From Candidatus Latescibacterota bacterium (GTDB lineage: Bacteria > Latescibacterota > CBDEFO01), in contig CBDEFO010000008.1 of NCBI GenBank assembly GCA_965237525.1, positions 1,632,001 to 1,696,000 of the forward strand: a DNA stretch of 64,000 bases. Direction: 5' to 3'. Both the position numbers and the translations under genes were made by a program. Each line of letters starts with the position of its first letter. The stretch's first letter is position 1. Positions 31,840 through 40,478 of this stretch are shown here, one piece after another. The notes beneath the pieces were generated by a model. The model was given only the letters and a program-made list of their open reading frames with translations. It ran no database searches and had not been told where the DNA came from.

Positions 31840-31934
31840 GGACATTGCGAAACCGTGTGGAGTTTGAACACGGTGAAAAGGTGGACATCAAGAATTTGGA
31901 CTACAGACTCAGCAAGCCCTTGATTTGGTGGTGA
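31840..31934 (+). pseudogene. C-terminal remnant of a type III R-M Mod methyltransferase
   Basis: Reads VEFEHGEKVDIKNLDYRLSKPLIWW*, recalled as a typical Mod C-terminus. Confidence 0.55.
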
Positions 31935-31938
31935 GGGC

Positions 31939-32262
31939 ATGAAAGATACTCTCACCAAAGAAAAAGTCTTGCAAATATTGAGAGAGGAACTGCCGTATTT
32001 GCGAGGTGAATACGGCGTGGAAAGGATAGCTATCTACGGCTCGTTTGTGAAGGGTGATCCTACCAAAAAAAGTGATATTGATATTCTTGTCCAGCTTGTA
32101 AGACCTCTTGGCCTGGAGTTTGTCGGACTTGCCTTTCATCTTGAGGAGGTACTGGGCAGGAAAGTGGACCTGGCTACCTTGGATACCCTGCACAGGAGCA
32201 TTGAAAACCCCAGATACAGAGACATTGCTTCCAACATCGAAAGCACGCTGAGCTATGTCTGA
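31939..32262 (+). CDS. Minimal nucleotidyltransferase (MntA-type antitoxin)
   Basis: YGSFVKG...SDIDILV, LGRKVDL. Confidence 0.92.
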   Translation: MKDTLTKEKVLQILREELPYLRGEYGVERIAIYGSFVKGDPTKKSDIDILVQLVRPLGLEFVGLAFHLEEVLGRKVDLATLDTLHRSIENPRYRDIASNIESTLSYV

Positions 32263-32599
32263 GCGAAGAAACGGGGACTATCTTAGTGATATCCTTGAGG
32301 CGATGCGGAGAATTGTGATATATACCTCGGGCCTGACCTTCGAGCAGTTTATGAAAGACATCAAGACTCAGGATGCAGTCGTTCGGAATCTTGAGGTCGT
32401 CGGTGAAGCGACGAAGAATCTATCCGGTAGCCTGAGAAAGACCTACACCAAGATTCCATGGAGAGACCTGGCTGGCGTAAGAGATAAAATGATCCATCAC
32501 TACTTTGGCATCGACTATGAGATTGTGTGGACGATCGCCAAAGAGCAACTCCCGGACATTCTTCCTCACATTGAAGACATTTTGACGAAAGCCGCGTGA
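32255..32599 (+). CDS. HEPN/DUF86 RNase (HepT-type toxin)
   Basis: DAVVRNLEVVGEA, IPW, RDKMIHHY (Rx4H-Y), overlaps the MNT gene. Confidence 0.92.
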   Translation: MSERRNGDYLSDILEAMRRIVIYTSGLTFEQFMKDIKTQDAVVRNLEVVGEATKNLSGSLRKTYTKIPWRDLAGVRDKMIHHYFGIDYEIVWTIAKEQLPDILPHIEDILTKAA

Positions 32600-32603
32600 G
32601 GAG

Positions 32604-32819
32604 ATGGCGCGAGTATGCCTGCAAGACATGGTGGATGATTTGTAGTTTGACACTTCATCTGTCAACTGGAATTCGTTTGACTTGGAGACGTTTTCCACGA
32701 GGAAGCGGCTCTGGGACTTCCAGCAAGAGGCCCAGGAGAAGGCCATCAAGGTTTTGTGTAGATATTAAGACGATTTTGCGGATTCTCAGCAATGCGAAGA
32801 GCTGGAAGTCAGCCCATAA
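32604..32819 (+). pseudogene. N-terminal remnant of a type III R-M Res subunit
   Basis: GAGGAG RBS, then MARVCLQDMVDDL*F...NWNSFDLETFS..KRLWDFQQEA..KAIKVL with internal stops. Confidence 0.55.
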
Positions 32820-32846
32820 ATGCAAGAACGATAAAAGGATGTCAAC

Positions 32847-33257
32847 ATGAAGCAAGCTAAATACTACATCAGTCTCGGTGTGGTCATTATAGCCCTCTTC
32901 TACCTCATCTATACGGGCTTTGAAAAGACGATGGTCTATTATGTAACAATAGAGGAACTTGAAGCTGCTCCTGTCTACGATAAAACGCTACGCGTGGTCG
33001 GGAACGTCGTGGACGGCTCAATTCAAAGGAGTCTCAACAGTCTCAAGATGCAGTTTGTGATCGCCCAGGATGACAGAAGGATACCCATCACTTACACAGG
33101 CGTAGTCCCTGACACCTTTAAAGAGGGAGTAGAGGTCGTGGCTGAGGGCAGGTATTATACAGACAGGACCTTCGAGGCCGAAACCGTAATGGCCAAATGT
33201 CCTTCCAAGTACGAAGGACAGGACTATAAAGAACACGAGGCCGCCAAAAGAGAGTAG
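32847..33257 (+). CDS. ccmE: Heme chaperone CcmE, CxxxY variant
   Basis: YTGVVPDTFKEG.EVVAEG, AKCPSKY. Confidence 0.93.
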   Translation: MKQAKYYISLGVVIIALFYLIYTGFEKTMVYYVTIEELEAAPVYDKTLRVVGNVVDGSIQRSLNSLKMQFVIAQDDRRIPITYTGVVPDTFKEGVEVVAEGRYYTDRTFEAETVMAKCPSKYEGQDYKEHEAAKRE

Positions 33258-33272
33258 ACAGCAAACAGTGGC

Positions 33273-33293
33273 CCCCGATAGATTCAATCGGGG
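33273..33293 (-). repeat. 21-bp palindrome, copy 6
   Basis: ccccgatagattcaatcgggg (exact reverse complement of consensus). Confidence 0.92.
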
Positions 33294-33364
33294 GTAGACA
33301 GGGCAACCCTATCCAACCGCTTGAAAAACAGTGGACACAGGCTCATCATCATATAGGAATTAGT

Positions 33365-35401
33365 GTGGCAGCAGACATCGGATCTTTTTCACTCACGTTG
33401 GCGTTCATCCTCTCTTTGTACTCCATTTTGATATCTGTACTCGGAGACAGATTGAGGAAAGACGACCTTGTAAAAAGCGCTCAAAACGCCGCGAAGGCCG
33501 TCTTTGGCCTGTTGACGTTGGCGTCTCTATGTCTTGTGTATTCCTTCCTTGCAGGAGACTTTAAGGTGGAATACGTGGCCAGCCACTCCAACAGCACACA
33601 GTCCCTGCCCTATGTGTTTGCGGCTTTCTGGGCAGGACACGAAGGGTCACTCCTTATGTGGGAGTGGTTCATATCCCTTTTTGCATTCATGGCAATAGTG
33701 CTTAATAGACGCAAAAACAGAGACCTTATGCCCTATGTCACAGCTGTTATCATGGGAGTAGTCGCCTGCTTTATGTTCATAAATATCGCAACGTCCAATC
33801 CCTTTGATAAACTCCCATTTACGCCTCCTGACGGACAGGGCATGAACCCGCTCCTTCAATATCCTGCGATGGCTATCCATCCTCCTATGGTCTTTTTGGG
33901 ATATTCGGGATTCACCGTTCCTTTTGCCTTTGCCATGGCAGCCCTCATAACTGGAAACCTCGGAAACGCCTGGATCAAGACCACCAGAAAATGGTCTATC
34001 TTCTCCTGGTTCTTGCTGGCCTGTGGACTGCTTCTCGGCGCAAACTGGGCGTACGTCGTGATCGGCTGGGGCGGATACTGGGGTTGGGACCCTGTGGAAA
34101 ATTCAGCGTTGATGCCCTGGCTTCTGGGTACGGCCTTTCTCCACTCTGTGATGATACAGGAAAAGAAAAGTATGCTCAAAATCTGGAACATGATACTTAT
34201 TATCCTCACGTTCACTATGTGCATCTTCGGGACATTCCTCACAAGGAGCGGTATAGTCAACTCTGTTCACACCTTTGCTGAATCCTCAATAGGATACTAT
34301 TTTTTGGCCATCATAATAGCGATTCTTGCCTTTGCTTTTGCCCTTGTCGCTTACCGATTCCCACAACTTAAGAGCCGAAACCATTTAGAATCCTTCGTCT
34401 CCAGAGAGATGGGATTTATGGTCAACAACCTAATACTGGTCGGTGCATTTTTTGCGGTGTTCTGGGGCACCATCTTCCCCATCATATCAGAAGCCGTAAA
34501 GGGAGTTAAGATCACTGTCGGAGCCCCGTTTTTCAACCAGATTACCCTTCCCATAGGTATCATTTTACTCTTCCTTACAGGAGCAGGTCCCCTGTTGGCC
34601 TGGCGCAGGACATCTGTAAAAAACCTCAAAAGGCACTTCCTCTATCCGACTGTAGTGGCTCTGCTTGCGATTCCCATCTTCTTAGCCCTTAAAATCACCA
34701 ACTGGTACGCCCTTGTCTCCTTCACGCTATGCGTATTTGTCACCGCTTCAATAGTCAGCGAATTCTACAGGGGGGTAAGAGCAAGACACATTTCTAACAA
34801 CGAGCCGTATGCTCAAGCTCTCTGGAACCTTGTCTGGAAGAACAGGAGGAGATATGGAGGTTATGTAGTCCACATCGGGATCGTCCTTATATTTATGTCC
34901 GTCGCTGGAAACGCCTTCAGAACTGAGATCACAGGTCAGCTCCTCCAAACAGGTGATAAGATGCAGCTCAGAAACTACACACTCCAGTACGACAAGTTCT
35001 CAACCTACGAAGACCCCGATAAAGACGTCCAATCTACGACTATTTCTGTCCACAAAGATGGAGAGAGGATTGACGTACTGCATCCGAGAAAATACTTCTT
35101 CCATTCCATAAGACAGGACGTCCAGCCTCAGACGGCCGTTGCCATCCGTTCCACGCTAAAAGAAGACCTCTACATAGTCCTTGCTCAGCTCGACCCCGAG
35201 TCAGGACAGGCCATATTCAACGCCTTCATCAATCCGCTGGTCATGTGGCTCTGGATAGGCGGTGTCGTGTTGATCCTGGGTACAATCATCACAATGTACC
35301 CGGAAAAAGAGGATATAGATCCTCGCGAGAAGATAAGAAGAGATAAAACGAAGGTGCAGATAACGGAGAAAAGGAAGACGAAGGTCTCATTGGTTAAGTG
35401 A
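33365..35401 (+). CDS. ccmF: Heme lyase CcmF
   Basis: WAGHEGSLL, GMNPLLQ, IHPP, GWGGYWGWDPVENS, TRSG..SVH, YGGYVVHIG. Confidence 0.96.
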   Translation: MAADIGSFSLTLAFILSLYSILISVLGDRLRKDDLVKSAQNAAKAVFGLLTLASLCLVYSFLAGDFKVEYVASHSNSTQSLPYVFAAFWAGHEGSLLMWEWFISLFAFMAIVLNRRKNRDLMPYVTAVIMGVVACFMFINIATSNPFDKLPFTPPDGQGMNPLLQYPAMAIHPPMVFLGYSGFTVPFAFAMAALITGNLGNAWIKTTRKWSIFSWFLLACGLLLGANWAYVVIGWGGYWGWDPVENSALMPWLLGTAFLHSVMIQEKKSMLKIWNMILIILTFTMCIFGTFLTRSGIVNSVHTFAESSIGYYFLAIIIAILAFAFALVAYRFPQLKSRNHLESFVSREMGFMVNNLILVGAFFAVFWGTIFPIISEAVKGVKITVGAPFFNQITLPIGIILLFLTGAGPLLAWRRTSVKNLKRHFLYPTVVALLAIPIFLALKITNWYALVSFTLCVFVTASIVSEFYRGVRARHISNNEPYAQALWNLVWKNRRRYGGYVVHIGIVLIFMSVAGNAFRTEITGQLLQTGDKMQLRNYTLQYDKFSTYEDPDKDVQSTTISVHKDGERIDVLHPRKYFFHSIRQDVQPQTAVAIRSTLKEDLYIVLAQLDPESGQAIFNAFINPLVMWLWIGGVVLILGTIITMYPEKEDIDPREKIRRDKTKVQITEKRKTKVSLVK

Positions 35402-35434
35402 CGCAAGTGTTGTAAGTTAAAGAGGTGATTATCA

Positions 35435-35926
35435 ATGACAAAGAATATAGTGTTCACACTTATATTGCTGCCCTTTTTGGTTCCGTCTCGGCTCATCGCC
35501 GTCGAGACCAAAGAAGTGGCTGATGAACTTGCCTGCCAATGCGGCGGATGCGGCAACCTGATCCTGAGCGCTTGCATCAACAAAGCCGACTGCGGATGGT
35601 CCCAAAGTGAAGCAACACAGATAGATCAACTGATCATAAAGGGTTACTCGAAGGAGAGAATAGTAGCCCTTTATGTAGATAAATTTGGCGAAGCGGTGCT
35701 TGCAGCCCCTACAAAGACGGGCTTCAACTTGACCGCCTGGGCTATCCCTTTTGTCGCTATAATAGTGGGCGGAGTATTATTAAGGGGTCTGGTTGTCAGA
35801 TGGAAAAAGAGCACTCAGAGCTCGGGCACTGGCTCCGTGGCCGGATCGAGTCGCTCTAAAAGGGGCGAAATCCCCGATTCCGAGTATATAGAAAGAGTTG
35901 AACGCGAACTTGATAAATTCGAATAG
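35435..35926 (+). CDS. ccmH: CcmH-like cytochrome c biogenesis protein
   Basis: LACQCGGC, FGEAVLAAP...GFNLTAWAIP; ccm context. Confidence 0.8.
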   Translation: MTKNIVFTLILLPFLVPSRLIAVETKEVADELACQCGGCGNLILSACINKADCGWSQSEATQIDQLIIKGYSKERIVALYVDKFGEAVLAAPTKTGFNLTAWAIPFVAIIVGGVLLRGLVVRWKKSTQSSGTGSVAGSSRSKRGEIPDSEYIERVERELDKFE

Positions 35927-35950
35927 TTCTCTTTGCACATAGAAGCCGAT

Positions 35951-36454
35951 ATGTTACTCGTATTTTACACAATAATAGGCGCTGCAGTCTTAGCATTTGT
36001 CAGTTATCCCCTTCTAACCAAGAGGCCTTCAGGCGCTGAAGAAGGCTCCACCTTAAAGGACGGGCTTGCAGATCTTACCATCCGCAAGGAGCAGATATAT
36101 GCATCCATCAGAGACGCCAACTTCGACTTCAGGATGGGCAAGCTCTTGGAGGACGATCACGGACAGCTTGTGGACGAATACAAGCTTGAAGCCGCGGCCA
36201 TCCTTCAGGAAATAGACAGGCTAAATGGCAGGCGCAAGAGGCGCAAGGCTCATACTCCTACCCCTGGGAAGAGACATATTATCTGCCCGCAGTGCCACAG
36301 GGAGAACCCATCGAATCACCACTACTGCGCTAACTGTGGATCTAAGCTTGACAGCGTCTGTCCATCCTGCGGAAATCCATACGATAAAAAAGACCAATTC
36401 TGCGCTAACTGCGGAGCCAAGTTACAAACAGATGCAGAGAGCCAGACCACCTAA
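35951..36454 (+). CDS. Membrane-anchored double zinc-ribbon protein (CcmI N-terminus-like)
   Basis: TM helix, IRDANFDFRMGKL, CPQC/CANCG/CPSCG/CANCG. Confidence 0.75.
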   Translation: MLLVFYTIIGAAVLAFVSYPLLTKRPSGAEEGSTLKDGLADLTIRKEQIYASIRDANFDFRMGKLLEDDHGQLVDEYKLEAAAILQEIDRLNGRRKRRKAHTPTPGKRHIICPQCHRENPSNHHYCANCGSKLDSVCPSCGNPYDKKDQFCANCGAKLQTDAESQTT

Positions 36455-36497
36455 CCACACTTACTTTCCTTCCCATTGATACTTTTCGGGAGTCCCG

Positions 36498-37262
36498 ATG
36501 GACCGACCCGCTATCAACGTTGTCAACCTCTCCAAGACTTTCGGAAAAATCAGGGCTTTAAGCCAAATAGACCTCCAGGTGGATGAAGGGGAGTTTCTTG
36601 CCATCTTCGGTCCCAACGGAGCGGGCAAGACTACGCTTGTCAATCTCATCTCAGCCTCTACACGGCCCACGGAGGGAAATATCTATATAAACGGAATTGA
36701 CCTTGGGCGAGATCATGCGAAGATAAGAGCACAAATCGGAGTAATATCCCACAATACCTTTCTCTACAAGGAGCTTACAGCAGAGGAGAACTTGAGGTTC
36801 TACGGCGAGATGTACGATGTGTCCGACCTGGGTGAAAGGATCTCTTTGTCACTTGAACAGATCGGAATGTCGCACAGGAAGGACGACAGAGTCTCGACCT
36901 TCTCAAGGGGACAAAAGCAGAGGCTCTCAATTACAAGAGCCCTTCTTCACTCTCCTCCTATACTCCTTTTAGACGAACCCTATACAGGACTCGACCAGAA
37001 CGCCTCCGAGGCGTTCACAGACATCTTAGAGGAACTCAAAGAAGGCAAAAGAACTATAATAATGGCAACTCACAATATGGAAAAGGGACTTCAGCTTTCC
37101 GATGCGGCAGCTATACTGGCAAGAGGAAAACTCGTATATCATAAACGGGCGATGGAAGCAGATGGCGACAGAAAGGGGCCCCCAAAAAGTATCGAAGAAC
37201 TTTTTGGGGAGAAATTAGAACACTTTAAAGAGATATATCGTCAGCACGTCAAAGAACAGTAG
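36498..37262 (+). CDS. ccmA: Heme ABC exporter ATP-binding protein CcmA
   Basis: GPNGAGKTT, FSRGQKQR, LLLDEPYTGLD; ccm context. Confidence 0.88.
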   Translation: MDRPAINVVNLSKTFGKIRALSQIDLQVDEGEFLAIFGPNGAGKTTLVNLISASTRPTEGNIYINGIDLGRDHAKIRAQIGVISHNTFLYKELTAEENLRFYGEMYDVSDLGERISLSLEQIGMSHRKDDRVSTFSRGQKQRLSITRALLHSPPILLLDEPYTGLDQNASEAFTDILEELKEGKRTIIMATHNMEKGLQLSDAAAILARGKLVYHKRAMEADGDRKGPPKSIEELFGEKLEHFKEIYRQHVKEQ

Positions 37263-37314
37263 ACAGCAAACAGTAGACACGGCATCCCTACCCAGCCCCA
37301 TATACAACCGCCAC

Positions 37315-37397
37315 AGGGGCGAACCCACGTGTTCGCCCTCCAGTAGACAGAAGTACGGCCTTCCACCCGTTTTCGTAGGGGCGAGGTTACCTCGCCC
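37315..37397. repeat. Pair of GTAG-type REP hairpins
   Basis: agggg-cgaacccacgtgttcgccct and gtaggggcgaggttacctcgccc. Confidence 0.7.
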
Positions 37398-37424
37398 AGT
37401 AATCAGAAGACAGCAGGGCGTACG

Positions 37425-38102
37425 ATGAATTTCCTCAAAAAGATAGTGACCATACTCTGGAAAGATCTCCTGACAGAACTCAGAACTAAAGAGAAGATAA
37501 GCTCAATGTTTGTCTTCTCGCTGATAGTTATAGTAGTTTTCAACTTCTCATTTAGCACAGGTGCTCTCCAGATGAGAAAGATAGCGTCGGGAATCCTGTG
37601 GGTCGCCTTCATATTCTCAGGGACGCTCGGTCTGAACAGGTCTTTTGCTCAGGAGCAGGACAGGGGCTCACTGCAGGGGCTCCTACTGTGCCCTGTGGAC
37701 AGGAGCGCAATCTATCTTGGAAAGATGGTAGGCAATTTCATATTCATAACCATAATAGAGCTTATCACACTGTTGCCTTTCGCGGTCTTTTTAAACGTTC
37801 CTATTATCCACGTTCTGCCTCAGCTCCTTCTGATCATCCTTTTGGGGACGCTCGGATTCTGCTGTGTCGGGACCCTCTTTGCCGCCATATCGGCCAACAC
37901 CAAAATGAGGGACGTAATGCTCCCTGTGCTCCTCTTCCCTGTAATTTCCCCCATCATAATCGCCTCTGTACAGGCTACGGGCGCGATTTTGGACGGCGCG
38001 GAATTTGGAGAGATAACAAGGTGGATTGGGCTGCTTATAGCCTTTATAGCCATATTCCTGGCCGCCTCCGTGATAGTCTTTGACTTCGTAATAGAGGAGT
38101 GA
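37425..38102 (+). CDS. ccmB: Heme exporter permease CcmB
   Basis: KDLLTELR, GILWV, F..E.D.G.L, LPVLLFP. Confidence 0.92.
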   Translation: MNFLKKIVTILWKDLLTELRTKEKISSMFVFSLIVIVVFNFSFSTGALQMRKIASGILWVAFIFSGTLGLNRSFAQEQDRGSLQGLLLCPVDRSAIYLGKMVGNFIFITIIELITLLPFAVFLNVPIIHVLPQLLLIILLGTLGFCCVGTLFAAISANTKMRDVMLPVLLFPVISPIIIASVQATGAILDGAEFGEITRWIGLLIAFIAIFLAASVIVFDFVIEE

Positions 38103-38178
38103 CCGCAGATAACAGCTTTAGACCTCCCGTGCACATTCCTAGATGAGCTATTCTGTGACAAGGACAAGTACCTTGACA

Positions 38179-38823
38179 ATGAATTTGGACCCGTTATTAC
38201 GATCGTCTCTGGCGGATGCAGTCCTTGGCTGTCTCGAAGATGCTGCACCGGGTTCTGAAGCCAGGCTTTGCGGCTCGCTGGCTGATGGGCGGGCGGATGA
38301 GTACAGCGATATCGACATATCTTGGGAAGTACCGGACGAGCTTTTCGCCTCGCGCGCAGATGGGATCCTTGAAGATCTTTCAAAGGTCTGCGCGGTGGCA
38401 TCATTGCGGCCGGACCCTGACCTCCAGAACTCAGAAAAACATCGGCTCATCTTCGTTCAATTTGCTGGAACACCGCTGTTCTGGCGCGTGGATATTGGAA
38501 TCTTCGCAAAATCCATTCACCGGGATTCGAGGTATGACTTGAACAATAACTTGGCCAGAGGAAGTGATTGGTCGCATACACACAGCGCCTTGATGAACGC
38601 TATTGCAGCGGTCAAGGCCCTGTTGCGAGGAAACGAAGCGGAGGCTCATGGACTCTTACGCCGAGCCTTTGAAAGAATCGGTCGGAGCGTACCTAAGGAA
38701 ACCTATCAGAATCAGATCCTGCTGCTCGCCGAACAGATCGGTGAGATAGACCGTGAACAGGTGGATCTGGCAAGACAGGTGCAAGCTCTGCACCGCGAGG
38801 TATTTCGCACAGCAGGCGGCTAA
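38179..38823 (+). CDS. Nucleotidyltransferase-domain protein inserted in the ccm cluster
   Basis: GSLADGRADEYSDID pol-beta motif; codon style differs from neighbours. Confidence 0.8.
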   Translation: MNLDPLLRSSLADAVLGCLEDAAPGSEARLCGSLADGRADEYSDIDISWEVPDELFASRADGILEDLSKVCAVASLRPDPDLQNSEKHRLIFVQFAGTPLFWRVDIGIFAKSIHRDSRYDLNNNLARGSDWSHTHSALMNAIAAVKALLRGNEAEAHGLLRRAFERIGRSVPKETYQNQILLLAEQIGEIDREQVDLARQVQALHREVFRTAGG

Positions 38824-38899
38824 AAAAACGGCTGTAGCTTGAGCGGTGGGCCGTCGTATTCTGCATTTTTGACGCCGTAAATCTGAGGAGAGACATAAA

Positions 38900-39607
38900 A
38901 TGGAAAGGAAAATATCCGGCATGGATATACTGCTCAGCGTTGTATCTCTGCTGATGATCGTATGTCTCTGGGCCATATTCATCTATACGCCGCCGGATAG
39001 GACGCTTGGGCTCAGTCAGAAGATATTCTACTTTCATGTTCCGTCTGCGTGGGTTTCGTTCTTAGCCTTTTTCATAGTCTTCATAACGAGCATCCTCTAT
39101 CTCTGGGAGAAGCGGCGTAAATGGGACATAATAGCCCACTCCTCCGCAGAGGTCGGACTCTTCTTCTGCACACTCGTCATCTTAACCGGTCCTATCTGGG
39201 CCAAGAACGACTGGGGTGTCTGGTGGGTCTGGGATGCAAGGCTTACGACTACGCTTATACTCTGGCTCATCTACGTGGGATATGTTATGGTCAGGGCCTA
39301 CGCAGGGGACTATTCAAAGAGCGCAAGATTCGCAGCGGTCATCGGGATCGTCGGCTTCTTGGACGTGCCCGTCATACACGTCTCCGTCACGTGGTGGAGG
39401 ACGCTCCATCCGCTTCCCGTGATGATGAGACCGGAGGGTCTGGGAGCGGGGACTCCGCCTTCGATGTTCCGCACGTTGATGCTCTGCCTTTTCACTTTCA
39501 CCCTGGTTTACGTCATTCTGCTTTCAAAGAGGATTTCTCTTGAAAAGGCAAGAGATGAACTTGAGAACCTGAAAGACGTGCTTTCCCAATCGCAAGGTGG
39601 GCAATAA
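38900..39607 (+). CDS. ccmC: Heme exporter protein CcmC
   Basis: IFYFHVPSA, TGPIWAK..WGVWWVWDARLT, WWRTLHP. Confidence 0.95.
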   Translation: MERKISGMDILLSVVSLLMIVCLWAIFIYTPPDRTLGLSQKIFYFHVPSAWVSFLAFFIVFITSILYLWEKRRKWDIIAHSSAEVGLFFCTLVILTGPIWAKNDWGVWWVWDARLTTTLILWLIYVGYVMVRAYAGDYSKSARFAAVIGIVGFLDVPVIHVSVTWWRTLHPLPVMMRPEGLGAGTPPSMFRTLMLCLFTFTLVYVILLSKRISLEKARDELENLKDVLSQSQGGQ

Positions 39608-40478
39608 TCACATACAAAAGGGCGATTAGAAGGTCAATTATATAGTGGTGATTCAGATAGACTGCAGAAAACCACACACCTGCGGGGTATAACGTTATGG
39701 GCAGACTGGCATTTTTGTATTTCTTGTACGCAAAGATGGCTATGATAATAGGGTAAGCAGCATGGAGGGACGGTATAGCAGCAAATTGGTTGGAGTTGAG
39801 GTTGTCGTAGACAAACTGGAAGAGAGGAAATCCCAGAAACTTATCTGTGTCGGCCAGGGAAGCCTCGCTGTGAGCGTAAAATGACAGATGCGGCTGTTTA
39901 AATCCATATCTGTATACGTACCAGGGGGGTGCCGTAGGGTACAGATAATAGGTGAGGAAGGCCATCAGACTCACTGCCGCAAATATAAGGGCAAATTGCC
40001 GAAAGAGCTTCCTGTTCTCCACTCTTCTCCACAGGACCCACGCGGCGATAAGTGGAAAGATCATATGTAGAGAATAACACACTGAGGATAGAACGTCCAA
40101 TCCCACCTTCAAATATGTCCCGTCAATAGATCCTCTTAGATCTTGAAACCAAAAAGGAGGTATTTTGCCCTGGAAGAGGTCTGAAAAGAGAAATTCCTCT
40201 ATCTTGTAAGGCATCTTTACGTTGACGCGTCCTGCTATCTTTTGTGCGATTCCTCTCATAGTCAGGTCGTATAAGACCCACACGAGCATAAAGGGCCACC
40301 AATGAGACAGAAACTCCCTTGAAGCTTTCCATACTAATATTGCTATTAAAAGAGCTACGAGAGTGTGGTGAGCCTCCAACCCTTTTAGAAAATAGGTTTG
40401 CATAAAGTAAAAACCTGCTATGCCAAGTATGATGGTCTTCCACTTTAACGATAATCCGACCCGTCGCTCTGCGTTCAT
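39513..40478 (-). CDS. PAP2-superfamily membrane enzyme (inositolphosphorylceramide synthase-like)
   Basis: PTAPPWY, AAIPSLHAA, VYLNHHYIIDL. Confidence 0.85.
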   Translation of the reverse strand: MNAERRVGLSLKWKTIILGIAGFYFMQTYFLKGLEAHHTLVALLIAILVWKASREFLSHWWPFMLVWVLYDLTMRGIAQKIAGRVNVKMPYKIEEFLFSDLFQGKIPPFWFQDLRGSIDGTYLKVGLDVLSSVCYSLHMIFPLIAAWVLWRRVENRKLFRQFALIFAAVSLMAFLTYYLYPTAPPWYVYRYGFKQPHLSFYAHSEASLADTDKFLGFPLFQFVYDNLNSNQFAAIPSLHAAYPIIIAIFAYKKYKNASLPITLYPAGVWFSAVYLNHHYIIDLLIALLYVIIAHLAIGKARLSGSQVHLLPFQEKSSLKAE

